The position numbers and the translations under genes are program-made. Of a stretch of 64,000 nt of DNA, positions 50,039 through 64,000 are shown piece after piece. Where the stretch lies: assembly GCA_963662405.2 (NCBI GenBank), contig CAXXKT010000001.1, positions 2,368,001 through 2,432,000 of the forward strand, given 5' to 3'. The notes under the pieces are model-generated. The model searched no databases. It worked only from the letters and a program-made list of their open reading frames with translations, and was not told the DNA's origin. Positions within the stretch are counted from its first letter, which is position 1; every line of letters begins with the position of its first letter. The DNA comes from Syntrophales bacterium. Its GTDB lineage: Bacteria > Desulfobacterota > Syntrophia > Syntrophales > UBA2210.

Positions 50039-51028
50039 GTGGAAAAGAAACGAATCTTGAGCGGTATGCGCCCCACCGGAAGGTTGCATCTGGGTAATCT
50101 CCACGGGGCTCTTCAAAACTGGATCAATCTTCAAAATGCGGGTGTCTACGACTGCTTTTACTTTGTCGCCGACTGGCACGCCCTGACGAGTGATTACAAG
50201 GATACGAGTCTCGTCAAGGATTACTCCCTCGATATGGTCGTTGACTGGCTGAGCGCGGGTCTGGATCCGGAGAAAAGCACCCTTTTCGTCCAGTCGGAAG
50301 TCAAGGAACACGCCGAACTGTTTCTGCTTCTTTCCATGATAACCCCCCTTTCCTGGCTGGAGAGAAATCCGACCTACAAGGAGATGCAGGACGAACTGTC
50401 CAACAAAGATCTCTCGACCTTTGGCTTTCTCGGGTACCCGGTTCTCCAGGCGGCGGACATTATCATGTACAAGGCCTACGGGGTTCCCGTGGGCGTGGAC
50501 CAGCTTCCCCATGTAGAGCTCACGCGCGAAATCGCCCGGAGATTTAACTTCCTCTATAAGGAGGTTTTCCCCGTTCCCGAGCCCCTGCTGGCTGAGGTTC
50601 CCAAACTGATGGGACTTGATGGACGCAAGATGAGCAAATCATACGAGAATACCATCTACCTCCGGGACCGGGGGGATGTGCTCAGGGAGAAGGTCAGTTC
50701 GATGTTTACCGATCCCCAGCGGATGAGAAAAAAGGACCCGGGGCGTCCTGATGTGTGTAACGCTTTCCCGTTCCATACGATCTATTCTTCGTCTTCAGAA
50801 GCGAACGAGATCGCGGACGCCTGCAGGAAGGCAGAGATCGGCTGTGTCGAATGTAAGAAGCGCCTTGCACAGCGTATAGGAGAGGGAATGTCACCCATAC
50901 ACGAACGGCAACAGTATTACCTGAATCACCTGGAGGATGTGCGGGAGATCATAACCGAAGGTGTGCGAAGGGCAGCGGGAATAGCACGCCAGACGATGGA
51001 ACAGGTACGGGAAGCCATAAAAATATGA
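50039..51028 (+). CDS. trpS: Tryptophanyl-tRNA synthetase
   Basis: HLGN, YPVLQAADI, KMSKS. Confidence 0.97.
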   Translation: MEKKRILSGMRPTGRLHLGNLHGALQNWINLQNAGVYDCFYFVADWHALTSDYKDTSLVKDYSLDMVVDWLSAGLDPEKSTLFVQSEVKEHAELFLLLSMITPLSWLERNPTYKEMQDELSNKDLSTFGFLGYPVLQAADIIMYKAYGVPVGVDQLPHVELTREIARRFNFLYKEVFPVPEPLLAEVPKLMGLDGRKMSKSYENTIYLRDRGDVLREKVSSMFTDPQRMRKKDPGRPDVCNAFPFHTIYSSSSEANEIADACRKAEIGCVECKKRLAQRIGEGMSPIHERQQYYLNHLEDVREIITEGVRRAAGIARQTMEQVREAIKI

Positions 51029-51765
51029 CGGACAGTGCCGCCTATCGGATCAAGTTGGACATATTTGAAGGTCCTCTGGACCTGCTGCTCTACCTCATCA
51101 GAAAAAACGAAGTTGATATATACGATATCCCCATTGCGCTTATAACCCGCCAGTATATGGAATATATCGATGTGATGAAGTCTCTCAATCTCGACCTCGC
51201 CGGCGAATACCTGCTTCTTGCCGCGACCCTGACCCATATCAAGTCGAGGATGCTCCTCCCTCCCAGTGCGGAGGAAGAGGAGGGTGAAGAGGAAGACCCC
51301 CGGGAAGAACTGGTGCGCCAACTCCTGGAATACAAAACCTTTAAGGAGGCGGCACTGGGACTGGGCCGGATGAAGATCCTGGGGCGTGATGTTTTCACGA
51401 GAGATCGGGTTGCTGAGGATATTGAGGAAGACGGGGAACCGTCCATTCGAGAGATCGGGATTTTTGAGCTTGTCGAGGCCTTCCGGAGGGCTACAGCCGC
51501 CGTCATCCAGCATGACATGATGGAAATAGATGTCGAAAAGATATCACTCGCAGAACGGATCAATGATATAGTGGATGAACTGCAACGGCGGGGGGGGGCG
51601 CTCACCTTCACTGATCTGCTGGGGGAGAGGGACAGCCGCAGGAGGCTTCTCTATACCTTCTTGGCGATCCTGGAGCTGATGAAGCTGAGAGTTATCAAGG
51701 CGTATCAAGCGGTCCCCTATGGCACTATTCGGATACAGCTTGTGGGGGGAGTGACGGATGGATAA
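51025..51765 (+). CDS. scpA: Segregation/condensation protein A
   Basis: FEGPLDLLL, IKSRMLLP, FLAILEL. Confidence 0.95.
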   Translation: MTDSAAYRIKLDIFEGPLDLLLYLIRKNEVDIYDIPIALITRQYMEYIDVMKSLNLDLAGEYLLLAATLTHIKSRMLLPPSAEEEEGEEEDPREELVRQLLEYKTFKEAALGLGRMKILGRDVFTRDRVAEDIEEDGEPSIREIGIFELVEAFRRATAAVIQHDMMEIDVEKISLAERINDIVDELQRRGGALTFTDLLGERDSRRRLLYTFLAILELMKLRVIKAYQAVPYGTIRIQLVGGVTDG

Positions 51766-52279
51766 CCTGAAGGCCATCATTGAGGCCATTGCCTTCGTCT
51801 CCGATACACCGGTGACCCTGGGACTCATCGAGAAAGTCCTTGATGAAATCCCCCGGCGGGACATTGTTTCGGCACTGAACGAATTGATCTGGGAGTACGA
51901 AAAACGAGGTGGAGGGATTGTCCTCCAGGAGGTTGCCGGCGGGTACCAGTTCCGGACCGGTGAGTCTCTGGCTCCGTGGGTCTTGAAGCTCAAGGGACAG
52001 AGGCCGACGGAACTGAGTCCGGCCGCCATGGAGACCCTGGCGGTTGTCGCCTATCGGCAACCGGTCATGAAGGCGGAGATCGAAGAGGTGCGGGGCGTGG
52101 ATGTCAGCGGTATCCTGCGAGGTCTTTTAGAGAAGAACTTGGTGCGGATCATGGGAAGAAAGAACGTCCCGGGGCGGCCCATTATCTATGGTACCACCGG
52201 AACGTTCCTTGAGACGTTTGGCTTGAAGACCCTTTCGGATCTTCCCACGCTGAGGGATTTCAAGGAATTGGAAGGGTAG
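51758..52279 (+). CDS. scpB: Segregation/condensation protein B
   Basis: ETLAVVAYRQP, RGVD, GRPIIYGTT. Confidence 0.95.
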   Translation: MDNLKAIIEAIAFVSDTPVTLGLIEKVLDEIPRRDIVSALNELIWEYEKRGGGIVLQEVAGGYQFRTGESLAPWVLKLKGQRPTELSPAAMETLAVVAYRQPVMKAEIEEVRGVDVSGILRGLLEKNLVRIMGRKNVPGRPIIYGTTGTFLETFGLKTLSDLPTLRDFKELEG

Positions 52280-52285
52280 GCCCGT

Positions 52286-53017
52286 ATGGATGAACGTCTT
52301 CAGAAAATACTGGCTCGATGCGGCGTATCATCTCGGCGCGGCGCGGAACAGATGATGCGTGAAGGCCGGGTCAGTGTGAACGGGGTAACCGTGCTCCAGC
52401 CGGGGGCAAAGGCGGATACCGCGCGCGATAGTATACGGGTTGACGGGAAGATCATATCAGAAGCGGCGGTTGGCCCTGTGTATCTGATGGTGCATAAGCC
52501 GCGAGGCTATGTTGTGACCCTGCACGACCCTCAGGGCAGGCCGATCATTACCGACCTGCTCCGGGGTGTGCGGGAGCGGGTCTTTCCCGTGGGACGGCTC
52601 GACTACGATTCTGAAGGATTGCTTCTGATGACCAACGACGGAGATTTTTCACATCGGCTCCAGCATCCCGCATTCAAGATTCCCAAAACCTATATGGTGA
52701 AGATCCAGGGAAACTTGATGCGAAGCGACCTTGAGGCCATTCGAAAAGGGGTCATGCTGGAGGATGGCTTTTTCAAGCCGGTCTGGGCCTCTGCGGAGAA
52801 GCACAACAGGAAGAGCTGCTGGGTGGAAATGACCATAGTGGAGGGGCGTAATAGGATCATACGGAGACTGTTCGATTCGCTTCACCATCCCGTTGTCAGG
52901 TTGATTCGAACCGCCATTGCCGATATTGCTCTGAGTGATCTGCAGAGCGGAGAATATCGGTATTTGCAGAAGAGAGAGGTGCAAAGATTGATCGAACACG
53001 CACAGGTTGCGCAATAA
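52286..53017 (+). CDS. rluB: RsuA-family pseudouridine synthase
   Basis: S4 domain, VGRLDYDSEGLLL; follows scpAB. Confidence 0.85.
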   Translation: MDERLQKILARCGVSSRRGAEQMMREGRVSVNGVTVLQPGAKADTARDSIRVDGKIISEAAVGPVYLMVHKPRGYVVTLHDPQGRPIITDLLRGVRERVFPVGRLDYDSEGLLLMTNDGDFSHRLQHPAFKIPKTYMVKIQGNLMRSDLEAIRKGVMLEDGFFKPVWASAEKHNRKSCWVEMTIVEGRNRIIRRLFDSLHHPVVRLIRTAIADIALSDLQSGEYRYLQKREVQRLIEHAQVAQ

Positions 53018-53149
53018 ACGAACTCACCTGAAAAATAGTGAAAATTATCTTGACTTTAATGCCAAAATAAATAATATCAATGAACAAATAGTTCGTAACG
53101 AACGTTGAGAAGTTTTTTAGTCTACTTTGAAAAGGTAAGAGGGGGTCTT

Positions 53150-53431
53150 ATGAATAAATCCGAATTGATAGATGCCTTAAGTAAGAAAGAGGGCTTAACA
53201 GAAAAACAGGCTGCGGATGTGGTTGGTTTGGTTTTCAAGGGGTTCAGTAACCAACTGAAGGAAGGCGGCCGGATAGAGATCAGGGGGTTCGGGAGTTTTG
53301 TAGTCCGGGACTACGGCTCGTATACCGGAAGAAACCCGAAGACGGGTGGAACCATCCATGTGGCCCCTAAAAAGCTCCCCTTTTTCAAGGTGGGAAAAGA
53401 ACTAAAAGAAAGAGTGAATGCAGGTAGATAG
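53150..53431 (+). CDS. ihfB: Integration host factor beta subunit
   Basis: RIEIRGFGSF, GRNPKTG, PFFKVGKELKERVN. Confidence 0.88.
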   Translation: MNKSELIDALSKKEGLTEKQAADVVGLVFKGFSNQLKEGGRIEIRGFGSFVVRDYGSYTGRNPKTGGTIHVAPKKLPFFKVGKELKERVNAGR

Positions 53432-53611
53432 GTAGATCGGTAGCAGGGCTTTGGCTGCTGACCCCGAAGAAACGGGGGGTGGCGTGTGTATCATTTAAGA
53501 GGGGAGTCTATCTCCCCTCTTTTCCTTTTTTGATGCCGCAATCGTTGAAGGTATTGCATCTCGCGCGGGTATTCCCCTCAGCATAGACCTGTGTACACAG
53601 GTAACACGTAT

Positions 53612-54931
53612 ATGCCATCAGGAACATTTTATATTCAAACCTTTGGCTGTCAAATGAATGTTCACGACTCCGAGCAGATGGGACAGCTCCTGTGCGAGGC
53701 GGGGTATGTCGAGGCCGACGAGGCACTTGGGGCGGATATTATCATCGTCAACACCTGTAGCGTCCGGGAAAAGGCGGCCCAAAAGGCCTACAGCCAATTA
53801 GGAAGATTTAAAAAGCTCAAGAAGGAAAAACAAGATCTTATCCTGGGGGTGGTCGGATGTCTCGCTCAGGAGCACGGGAGCGAGTTTTTTCGAAGGGCCC
53901 CCTATCTCGACTTCGTTATTGGTACCCACAATGTCCATCGCGCTCCACAGATCATAGAGGCGGTGCGTCGTGAAAAAGCGCGAATCTCAGAGACCTCCTT
54001 TCAGCCCTCGGTTCAATCTCTCGGTATCCGCGTTCTTCCCCCCGATGGAAGAGTAAGTGCCTTTGTCACGATCATGCAGGGGTGTAACAATTTTTGCTCT
54101 TATTGTATCGTGCCGTATGTGAGGGGGAGAGAGGAAAGCCGGGAGAGCGCCGATATTGTCGATGAGATTCGATTTCTCGCCGCGGGCGGTGTCAAGGAGG
54201 TCGTTCTCCTCGGGCAGAATGTCAATTCCTACAGCGGTGGGGGGGTAAGGAATGTCGGTTTCCCGACCTTGTTAAGAATGATTGACGATATAGAGGGGAT
54301 AGAGCGGATCCGTTTCACCACCTCGCACCCGAAGGATCTTTCGAGTGATCTCGCCGCCTGTTTTGCCGATCTTGACAAGCTGTGTGGCCATATTCACCTT
54401 CCCGTCCAGGCCGGTTCCGATTATGTCTTGAAGAAAATGAAAAGGGGGTATACTGTTGAATCGTATCTGGAGAAGATCGTTATGTTGCGGGATGCCTGTC
54501 CGGATATCAGCATTACCTCCGATATTATCGTTGGATTTCCGGGTGAGACAGAGGGTGATTTTCAAAAAACGGTTGACCTTATGAAAGAAGTACGATTTGA
54601 TAGCACCTTTTCTTTTCGGTATTGCGACCGCCGTGGCACGGCTTCCGAGGGGTTCCAGGGAAAGGTCCCGGAAGCGGTCAAACAGGAGCGGTTGTCCCGG
54701 CTCCAATTGCTCCAGCGGGAACACAGCCTGGAGAAGAACCGGTCTTTGAAGGGACGGGTGGTGGATGTGCTGGTGGAGGGGGGCAGCAAGAGCGGCGGCA
54801 ACGATGTGACGGGGAGAACCAGGGGAAACAGGATTGTCAACTTTGCAGGCCGCACCGATATGATCGGTCGGACCGTACCTGTCAAGATTGTCCGGGTGTA
54901 TATGCATTCCCTGAGAGGAGAGAAGGAATGA
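53612..54931 (+). CDS. miaB: tRNA-i6A37 methylthiotransferase
   Basis: GCQMNVHDS, CNNFCSYC, TRAM domain. Confidence 0.96.
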   Translation: MPSGTFYIQTFGCQMNVHDSEQMGQLLCEAGYVEADEALGADIIIVNTCSVREKAAQKAYSQLGRFKKLKKEKQDLILGVVGCLAQEHGSEFFRRAPYLDFVIGTHNVHRAPQIIEAVRREKARISETSFQPSVQSLGIRVLPPDGRVSAFVTIMQGCNNFCSYCIVPYVRGREESRESADIVDEIRFLAAGGVKEVVLLGQNVNSYSGGGVRNVGFPTLLRMIDDIEGIERIRFTTSHPKDLSSDLAACFADLDKLCGHIHLPVQAGSDYVLKKMKRGYTVESYLEKIVMLRDACPDISITSDIIVGFPGETEGDFQKTVDLMKEVRFDSTFSFRYCDRRGTASEGFQGKVPEAVKQERLSRLQLLQREHSLEKNRSLKGRVVDVLVEGGSKSGGNDVTGRTRGNRIVNFAGRTDMIGRTVPVKIVRVYMHSLRGEKE

Positions 54932-55443
54932 AGGAGGGAGAGTCATTGGTAGAAGTGAGGGTGTTCGGGTTGGCCATGGATCCTGTGACCAGTACCCCCA
55001 TTGTGATACTCAAGGATCTCGAAGAAAAGCGGGCTATCCCGATATGGATAGGGCTTTTTGAGGCGAGTGCTATTGCGACGCAGATGGAAGGGGTCAATCT
55101 GGCGCGGCCGATGACGCACGATCTCATGAATGAGCTGTTAAATATTCTTGATGCAAAGATCCTCAAGATCGTGATCAATGATCTGAGGAACAACACCTTT
55201 TTTGCCGTCATTCATCTTCTAAACGGGGAAATTCCCATGACGATCGATTCCCGTCCGAGTGATGCGATCGCCCTTGCACTTCGGGCCAATGCACCTATTT
55301 TTATTGATGAAAAGGTTATTGAGAAATCAACGAGTATTGATTTTGGCACCAAAACCAAGGACCTGAATAAATATTCCAAGGAACAGCTCAAGGAGTTTCT
55401 GGAAAATCTTTCTTCTGAAGATTTTGGGAAGTATAAGATGTAG
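54928..55443 (+). CDS. Bifunctional nuclease family (DUF151)
   Basis: IPIWIG, RPMTHDL, IDSRPSDAIALA. Confidence 0.92.
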   Translation: MKEGESLVEVRVFGLAMDPVTSTPIVILKDLEEKRAIPIWIGLFEASAIATQMEGVNLARPMTHDLMNELLNILDAKILKIVINDLRNNTFFAVIHLLNGEIPMTIDSRPSDAIALALRANAPIFIDEKVIEKSTSIDFGTKTKDLNKYSKEQLKEFLENLSSEDFGKYKM

Positions 55444-55556
55444 TTGATGGACCGTGAGGCTGTCAAGCGGTAATGAACCTCGATTCTTCACAGGATGATG
55501 TCAATCGGGTCCTTGAGAGAGGACTCGGTTGTTTTTCGGATGGTGGAGGTGTTGCT

Positions 55557-55790
55557 GTGAAAGAAGAGACGAGGCGGCTCTACCTTAAGGCCGGCGACGA
55601 GGTGATCCATGCCAGGTATCCCGAATGGGGATCCGGCCGCGTCGTGGAGGAGAGAAATTCCGGTGTGGTCGGCGGGATGTCCTATGTAAAGGTAGCTTTC
55701 CGCGATGGACGGACGCGGATCTTTGATAACAACTTTGCCAATTCCTGTTGCTGTTACTATGCCGGCATCAGGAAGCGTTCCCCCGAGTGA
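55557..55790 (+). CDS. Small SH3-like protein (DUF3553-like)
   Basis: GDEVIH..PEWGSGRV; GTG start with GGAGG RBS. Confidence 0.6.
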   Translation: MKEETRRLYLKAGDEVIHARYPEWGSGRVVEERNSGVVGGMSYVKVAFRDGRTRIFDNNFANSCCCYYAGIRKRSPE

Positions 55791-55797
55791 TCATGAA

Positions 55798-56730
55798 ATG
55801 GCCGCAAAATCGAGTCGGATAGAAGATGCGATCAGGGATTTTGGCTTTCATATGGAGGTCGAAAGAAACCTGTCGCACCATACGATGAGGAGTTATCTGT
55901 CAGACCTGGAACAGTTCAGGTGTTTTCTCCTTGAACGCGGAGTTGATCGGCCCGGTGACGTCGATCAGATGGTAGTGCGGAGTTTTCTCGCGATCCTCTA
56001 TCGGGGAAAGACGAAAAAGGCCACGATTTCACGGAAAGTGGCAAGCCTCAGGGCGTTCTTTCAGTTTCTGGTTCGGGAAGGGTCGGTACGATACAATCCC
56101 GCCAAGATGGTTCAGGCACCGAAGATAGACAAACACCTCCCATCTTTTTTAAGTATAGACGAGGTTTTTTCCCTTCTGAAGGTAACGTTTGAACCGGGAG
56201 TGACCGGTTTGAGAGACCGGGCGATTATTGAATTTCTCTATTCGGTTGGGGTGCGGGTGAGTGAACTGACCGGGCTGAATGTCGGCGATGTCGATTTTTC
56301 CAGCAGTCTGGTGAAGGTCAGGGGAAAAGGGAGAAAGGAACGAATTCTCCCTGTCGGTGGTCCCGCGCTGTCGGCCCTGGGGGAGTATCTCCGCAGTCGC
56401 ACCGATACGGGAATGAAAACAGAGGTCGAAGAAGATATCCCTCTTTTCCTCAACCGGCTGGGCTCACGCCTGACCCCGAGGAGCGTGAGGAGAATTATCG
56501 ACAAGTACGTGACCCTCGGTGGTATCGGGAAGAAGATCAGTCCCCATGCCCTCAGGCATACCTTTGCGACCCACCTCATGGATGCGGGTGCCGATCTGCG
56601 GGTCATACAGGAGCTGCTGGGACATGAAAGCCTGTCGACTACCCAGAAGTATACCTCCGTCAGCGTGACGCGGTTGATGGAGATATACGACAAGAGCCAC
56701 CCACGGGCTCGAGGAGAAAAGATGTTATGA
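55798..56730 (+). CDS. xerC: Tyrosine recombinase XerC
   Basis: [25 protein letters not shown]; upstream of hslVU. Confidence 0.9.
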   Translation: MAAKSSRIEDAIRDFGFHMEVERNLSHHTMRSYLSDLEQFRCFLLERGVDRPGDVDQMVVRSFLAILYRGKTKKATISRKVASLRAFFQFLVREGSVRYNPAKMVQAPKIDKHLPSFLSIDEVFSLLKVTFEPGVTGLRDRAIIEFLYSVGVRVSELTGLNVGDVDFSSSLVKVRGKGRKERILPVGGPALSALGEYLRSRTDTGMKTEVEEDIPLFLNRLGSRLTPRSVRRIIDKYVTLGGIGKKISPHALRHTFATHLMDAGADLRVIQELLGHESLSTTQKYTSVSVTRLMEIYDKSHPRARGEKML

Positions 56731-57335
56731 ATACTATGCGGGGAACGACCATCGTAGCGGTGAGACATAAGGGGAAGGTCGCCGTCGCAGGCGACGGCCA
56801 GGTAACCCTCGATACGATAGCATTGAAACATGGCGCCCGAAAGGTGCGGCGGTTGTATCACGATAAGGTGATTGTCGGATTCGCAGGGGCCACGGCGGAT
56901 GCCTTTACCCTTTTTGACCGCTTCGATCAGAAGCTCGAACAGTACAACGGCAACCTCCTGCGGGCCGCGGTAGAGCTGACCAAGGACTGGCGGACGGATC
57001 GGGTCCTGAGACACCTCGAGGCCCTGATGATAGCGGTCAGCGAGGTTGATTTCCTGATCATATCGGGGAACGGAGACGTGATCGAATCGGACGACGAGGT
57101 TTTGGCGATCGGCTCCGGCGGTCCGTACGCTTTGGCCGCGGCGAGAGCCCTGATTGGGCACTCGGACCTGAGTGCGAAAGAGATCACCGAAGAGGCCATG
57201 CACATCGCCTCCGAGATCTGCATATTTACAAATGACAGGATCCGGGTGGAGGAACTGGATGTGGCCGAGAACGTCGCCGAGCAGGAGACAGAGGGCACAA
57301 AAGACGGCACGACAAAGACAAAAATAAAGGATTAG
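56727..57335 (+). CDS. hslV: ATP-dependent protease peptidase subunit
   Basis: TTIVAV, GDGQVT, AIGSGG. Confidence 0.96.
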   Translation: MNTMRGTTIVAVRHKGKVAVAGDGQVTLDTIALKHGARKVRRLYHDKVIVGFAGATADAFTLFDRFDQKLEQYNGNLLRAAVELTKDWRTDRVLRHLEALMIAVSEVDFLIISGNGDVIESDDEVLAIGSGGPYALAAARALIGHSDLSAKEITEEAMHIASEICIFTNDRIRVEELDVAENVAEQETEGTKDGTTKTKIKD

Positions 57336-57345
57336 GTAGGATCGG

Positions 57346-59668
<2,323 letters not shown>

Positions 59669-59690
59669 AAGCATCGTGGAGAAAGGTATC

Positions 59691-60878
59691 ATGAAAACAG
59701 AAGAACTGATCGTGCAATCGAGTCGATACATCATGGGGACATATGCCCGTCTCCCGATTGCCCTGGTACGCGGGAAAGGGGTGCGGGTGTGGGATGCGGA
59801 TGGAAAGGAGTATCTCGATTTTCTGTCGGGGATTGCCGTGTGTGCCCTGGGTCACTCAAATCCGTTGGTTTCAGAAGCGATCTGTGAACAGGCCGGGACC
59901 CTGATGCACGTCTCCAATATGTACCATATCGAACCGCAGATTCGCCTTGCCGCCTTCCTGGTGGAGCACTCCTTCGCGGACAAGGTCTTTTTCTGCAACA
60001 GTGGCGCGGAGGCCAACGAGGCGGCCATCAAGTTGGCACGAAAATATGCCCACGAGCATATGGACGGGAATAGGCACCGTATCATCAGCATGAGGAATTC
60101 CTTCCACGGGCGGACCCTTGCCACCCTCACGGCGACGGGCCAGGAACGGTTTCACGAGGGTTTTGACCCTCTTCCGACCGGTTTCGACTATGTCCCCTAC
60201 GACGATCTGATATCCCTCGAACGGGCCGCCACGGATGATGTCTGCGCGGTGATCCTCGAAGCCGTTCAGGGTGAAGGGGGGATTCGGGTCCCGGATGAAC
60301 GGTATCTGGAGGGGGTGCGGAGAATCTGCGACGATAGGGATATCCTGATGATCCTGGATGAGGTCCAGACGGGGATGGGAAGGACGGGGGATCTCTTTGC
60401 CTATGAGAAAAGCGGTGTGGTTCCGGATATCATGACGCTGGCAAAGGCCCTGGGAAACGGTTTCCCGGTCGGGGCCATGCTGGCCACCGATGAGGTCGCG
60501 GCATCTTTTACGCCGGGGAGCCATGCCTCGACCTTCGGGGGAAACCCCCTGGCTATGGCGGCGAGTATCGCGGTCGTTGATACCTTGATCAACGGAGGAG
60601 TACTGGATAACTGCCGGAAGATGGGGAAATATCTCCGTGAGAAGCTGGGAGGATTGAAGGAACGGTATCCGGTGATCAGAGAGGTGCGAGGGCGGGGACT
60701 CCTCATCGGCGTGGAATTGACGATAGAGGGGGCGGATATCGTGAGGGGATGCATGGAACGGGGGTTGCTTCTGAACTGTACCTGCGGTAACATCCTACGC
60801 TTTGCTCCTCCCCTGATTATTACAGCGGAAGATGTGGATCGAGCGGTTGGTATTCTGGACGAGGTGATGGGAGAATGA
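59691..60878 (+). CDS. argD: Acetylornithine aminotransferase
   Basis: NSGAEANE, DEVQTG, AKALG. Confidence 0.95.
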   Translation: MKTEELIVQSSRYIMGTYARLPIALVRGKGVRVWDADGKEYLDFLSGIAVCALGHSNPLVSEAICEQAGTLMHVSNMYHIEPQIRLAAFLVEHSFADKVFFCNSGAEANEAAIKLARKYAHEHMDGNRHRIISMRNSFHGRTLATLTATGQERFHEGFDPLPTGFDYVPYDDLISLERAATDDVCAVILEAVQGEGGIRVPDERYLEGVRRICDDRDILMILDEVQTGMGRTGDLFAYEKSGVVPDIMTLAKALGNGFPVGAMLATDEVAASFTPGSHASTFGGNPLAMAASIAVVDTLINGGVLDNCRKMGKYLREKLGGLKERYPVIREVRGRGLLIGVELTIEGADIVRGCMERGLLLNCTCGNILRFAPPLIITAEDVDRAVGILDEVMGE

Positions 60879-61804
60879 TGATAAAAGATTTGCTCACGAT
60901 ATACGATCTGGATGTCGATGATTGTGACGAGATATTTACAAGAGCGCGGCGGCTGAAAGATCTCCTGCAAAGAGGGGTGGCGCATGAGTCGCTGAAAGGG
61001 AAGACGCTCGGGATGCTCTTCGACAAATCATCCACGCGGACACGTCTGTCTTTCGAGGCCGGGATCCACCAGTTGGGCGGTATGGGGATATTTATGAGCC
61101 GACGCGACATCCAGCTGGGGAGGGGGGAACCGATCTTCGACACGGCACAGGTCATGTCGCGCTACATCGACGGAATCATGATTCGGACCTTTGAACAGGG
61201 CCTCGTCGATGAATTCGCCCGCTATGCGACGATTCCGGTGATCAACGGATTGACCGATCTTCTCCACCCTTGTCAGGTCCTGAGCGATCTCTTCACCATT
61301 ATAGAGAAAAAGGGCGGATACGAAGGGTTGAAGATCGCCTATGTCGGGGACGGCAATAACATGACCAACTCCTGGATCAATGCCGCGGCCCGGCTCCCGT
61401 TTTATCTGTCCATTTCATGCCCCGAGGGGTATCACCCGGATAAGACGATCTTGGAGCGGGGAATCCGGGAGGCGAAACAGGGAATAGAGATCCTGCGCAC
61501 TCCGGCCGATGCGGTCGCGGATGCCGACGTAATCTATACAGACGTCTGGGCCAGTATGGGGCAGGAGGGTGAGCAGGAAGAGCGAGTGGCAGCGTTCCAG
61601 GGGTATCAGGTGGATGCGGCACTGCTCAGGTGTGCGAAAGGTGACGCCATCGTGATGCACTGTCTCCCCGCACACCGTGGTGAAGAAATTACCGCCGATG
61701 TGATCGACGGGCCTCAGTCCGTGATCATTGATCAGGCGGAGAACCGCCTGCACGTACAGAAGGCGATTATGGAAATTCTTATGTCTGGAGGAAATGAAAA
61801 GTGA
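60875..61804 (+). CDS. argF: Ornithine carbamoyltransferase
   Basis: STRTR, HPCQ, HCLP. Confidence 0.96.
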   Translation: MMIKDLLTIYDLDVDDCDEIFTRARRLKDLLQRGVAHESLKGKTLGMLFDKSSTRTRLSFEAGIHQLGGMGIFMSRRDIQLGRGEPIFDTAQVMSRYIDGIMIRTFEQGLVDEFARYATIPVINGLTDLLHPCQVLSDLFTIIEKKGGYEGLKIAYVGDGNNMTNSWINAAARLPFYLSISCPEGYHPDKTILERGIREAKQGIEILRTPADAVADADVIYTDVWASMGQEGEQEERVAAFQGYQVDAALLRCAKGDAIVMHCLPAHRGEEITADVIDGPQSVIIDQAENRLHVQKAIMEILMSGGNEK

Positions 61805-63009
61805 AAAGCGATGTCAAAAAAGTAGTCCTGGCATACTCGGGAGGACTTGATTCCTCGGTGATTGTCAGGTGGTTGATTGAAACGTACGGATGTGAGGTGA
61901 TCACCCTGACCGGGGACGTGGGGCAGAAGCAGGAGCTCGACGGCCTTGAAAAAAAAGCGATTGCCACGGGAGCGGTCAAGGCGTACATCGAGGATCTTAC
62001 CGAAGAATTCGTACGGGACTTTGTTTTCCCCGCCCTGAGGGCCAATGCGATATATGAGGGGAACTATCTCCTCGGCACCTCGTTGGCGCGGCCGATCATA
62101 GCCAAGCGCCAGATTGAGATCGCCCATCAGGAAGGGGCGGACGCCGTCTGTCACGGGGCTACCGGGAAGGGGAACGACCAGGTACGCTTTGAGATGACCT
62201 ATATGGCGCTTGATCCGAGTATCAAGATCATCTCGGCCTGGAAGGACGAGCACTGGACCCTGCATTCACGGGAGGCGATGATAGACTATGCGGAGAGATA
62301 CAATATCCCCATCAAGTCGACAAAGAAAAGCCCCTACAGCGAAGACAGAAATCTCCTCCATATCTCACATGAGGGAGGTGTCCTTGAGGACCTGTGGCAG
62401 GAACCGCCTGAGGATATGTTTGTCATGACCGTTTCCCCGGAAAATGCTCCGGACCGACCGACCTATGTGGAAGTCTCTTTTGAACAGGGGAACCCCGTAG
62501 CGATCGACGGCAAGGCGATGTCCCCGGCACGGCTCCTCGATTGTATGAACTCCCTTGCCGGTGAAAACGGTGTCGGCCGCGTCGACATGGTGGAGAACCG
62601 TTTTGTGGGTATGAAATCACGGGGGATCTACGAAACCCCTGGCGGAACGGCCCTTTGGGCGGCCCACCGGGCCATGGAAACGATTACCATGGATCGGGAG
62701 GCGATGCTGATTCGTGATTCCGTTATGCCCAAGTATGCGCAGATCATATACAACGGTTTCTGGTACTCCCCCGAGCGGGAGATGCTTCAGAAGATGATCG
62801 ATGAAGCACAGCGGAGTGTGACAGGGACCGTTCGTCTGAAACTGTATAAGGGGAATTGTATCCCGGTGGGTGTCAAGGCCCCGGTGTCCCTCTACAGTGA
62901 AAAACTGGCCACCTTCGATGAAGATGATGTGTATGATCAGAAGGATGCCACGGGATTCATCAGGCTCAATGCGCTCAGACTGAAGATGCAGGCGCTGCTG
63001 AAAAAATAA
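61801..63009 (+). CDS. argG: Argininosuccinate synthase
   Basis: [19 protein letters not shown]. Confidence 0.97.
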   Translation: MKSDVKKVVLAYSGGLDSSVIVRWLIETYGCEVITLTGDVGQKQELDGLEKKAIATGAVKAYIEDLTEEFVRDFVFPALRANAIYEGNYLLGTSLARPIIAKRQIEIAHQEGADAVCHGATGKGNDQVRFEMTYMALDPSIKIISAWKDEHWTLHSREAMIDYAERYNIPIKSTKKSPYSEDRNLLHISHEGGVLEDLWQEPPEDMFVMTVSPENAPDRPTYVEVSFEQGNPVAIDGKAMSPARLLDCMNSLAGENGVGRVDMVENRFVGMKSRGIYETPGGTALWAAHRAMETITMDREAMLIRDSVMPKYAQIIYNGFWYSPEREMLQKMIDEAQRSVTGTVRLKLYKGNCIPVGVKAPVSLYSEKLATFDEDDVYDQKDATGFIRLNALRLKMQALLKK

Positions 63010-63032
63010 CCGGCGGTAGACGGAGTTCAACG

Positions 63033-64000
63033 ATGCCCGGAAAGAAAAAGCCGTGGGGAGGACGGTTTTCCGAACCCACCGATAAACGGGTGGAGGAGTT
63101 TACCTGCTCTCTCCATTTTGACCAGAGACTCTATCCGTATGATATCGCGGGATCTATCGCGCATTGTCGGATGCTCGCCGCGCAGGGTATTGTCTCTTCG
63201 GAAGATGCCGATGCGATCGTCTCCGGACTCCAGGGGATCTTGAAGGACCTGAAAGCGGGGACGCTTCCCCTCCCCTCCCATCTGGAGGATATCCATATGG
63301 CGATTGAGGCGACCTTGATCGACCGTATCGGTCAGGTGGGAGGGAAGCTTCACACGGCACGGAGCAGAAATGACCAGGTATCCCTGGACATGAGACTCTA
63401 TCTGCGTGATGAGGTCGATCGGACCCTCGATCTGATAGCGATCCTCCAGACGACCCTTGTCCGCGTTGCACGGCGGGAAATCGATACGATTCTTCCCGGA
63501 TACACCCACATGCAGCGGGCGCAGCCCGTTCTCCTTGCCCATTATCTTCTCGCCTACTGGGAGATGCTGGAGCGGGATGCGGGGCGCCTCAAAGGGTGCC
63601 GGGAGCGGATCGACGTTTTGCCGCTGGGATCGGCGGCCCTGGCGGGAACGGGGTTTCCCATAGACCGGCAATATGTGGCCGGTCAGCTGGGTTTTCCGGC
63701 GGTATCGAAAAACAGCATGGATGCGGTTTCAGATCGGGACTTCGTTGCTGAATTTGTTTTTGACGCCTCACTTGTGATGATGCATATGAGTCGCTTCTGT
63801 GAAGACCTGATACTCTGGTCCGGCGATGAGTTCGGGTTTGTCACGATCTCCGATGCCTTTACCACGGGGAGCAGTATCATGCCTCAGAAGAAAAACCCCG
63901 ACGTGGCCGAACTCATACGGGGGAAAACCGGACGCGTTTACGGGGACCTGACGGCAATCCTGACCCTCATGAAGGGACTTCCCATGACCTATGATCGGGA
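63033..64000 (+). CDS. argH: Argininosuccinate lyase, 3'-truncated by window
   Basis: Not in ORF track; reads [33 protein letters not shown]. Confidence 0.95.
   Translation, partial: MPGKKKPWGGRFSEPTDKRVEEFTCSLHFDQRLYPYDIAGSIAHCRMLAAQGIVSSEDADAIVSGLQGILKDLKAGTLPLPSHLEDIHMAIEATLIDRIGQVGGKLHTARSRNDQVSLDMRLYLRDEVDRTLDLIAILQTTLVRVARREIDTILPGYTHMQRAQPVLLAHYLLAYWEMLERDAGRLKGCRERIDVLPLGSAALAGTGFPIDRQYVAGQLGFPAVSKNSMDAVSDRDFVAEFVFDASLVMMHMSRFCEDLILWSGDEFGFVTISDAFTTGSSIMPQKKNPDVAELIRGKTGRVYGDLTAILTLMKGLPMTYDR

Noticed and set aside
55798..56730. Tyrosine recombinase as a mobile-element integrase
   Set aside because: Sits in the conserved xerC-hslV-hslU housekeeping context

Overview
Bacterial chromosome segment, probably Desulfobacterota/Syntrophales-like (inferred from gene content and the xerC-hslVU-argBDFGH order). 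(1) 1-10.5 kb: right end of a siphovirus-like prophage. It has a glycosyltransferase-like gene, tail tube, tail chaperone with a G GGA AAA -1 frameshift, tape measure, DUF2341/LamG tail protein and M15 endolysin, and ends at a duplicated 3' half of a tRNA(CAT) (att site). (2) 10.8-21.2 kb: IS-rich accessory region with a znuABC-like operon led by a small ribbon-helix-helix/CxxC regulator that has a tandem palindromic operator. (3) 21.4-35.5 kb: sigma54/PrpR-like catabolic island with three -24/-12 promoters sharing a 24-bp upstream motif; genes for a Tat-exported DapA-family enzyme, an internally deleted esterase, a carboxyltransferase, TRAP, CoA-transferase III and a porin. (4) 35.7-39.4 kb: FrhB-like/iorA/iorB operon. 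(5) 39.6-64 kb: core genes from nadK (frameshifted) and recN through an IS-split 5'-nucleotidase to argH. No CRISPR, rRNA, reverse transcriptase or intact tRNA seen. Family calls come from motif recognition by eye, not database searches.
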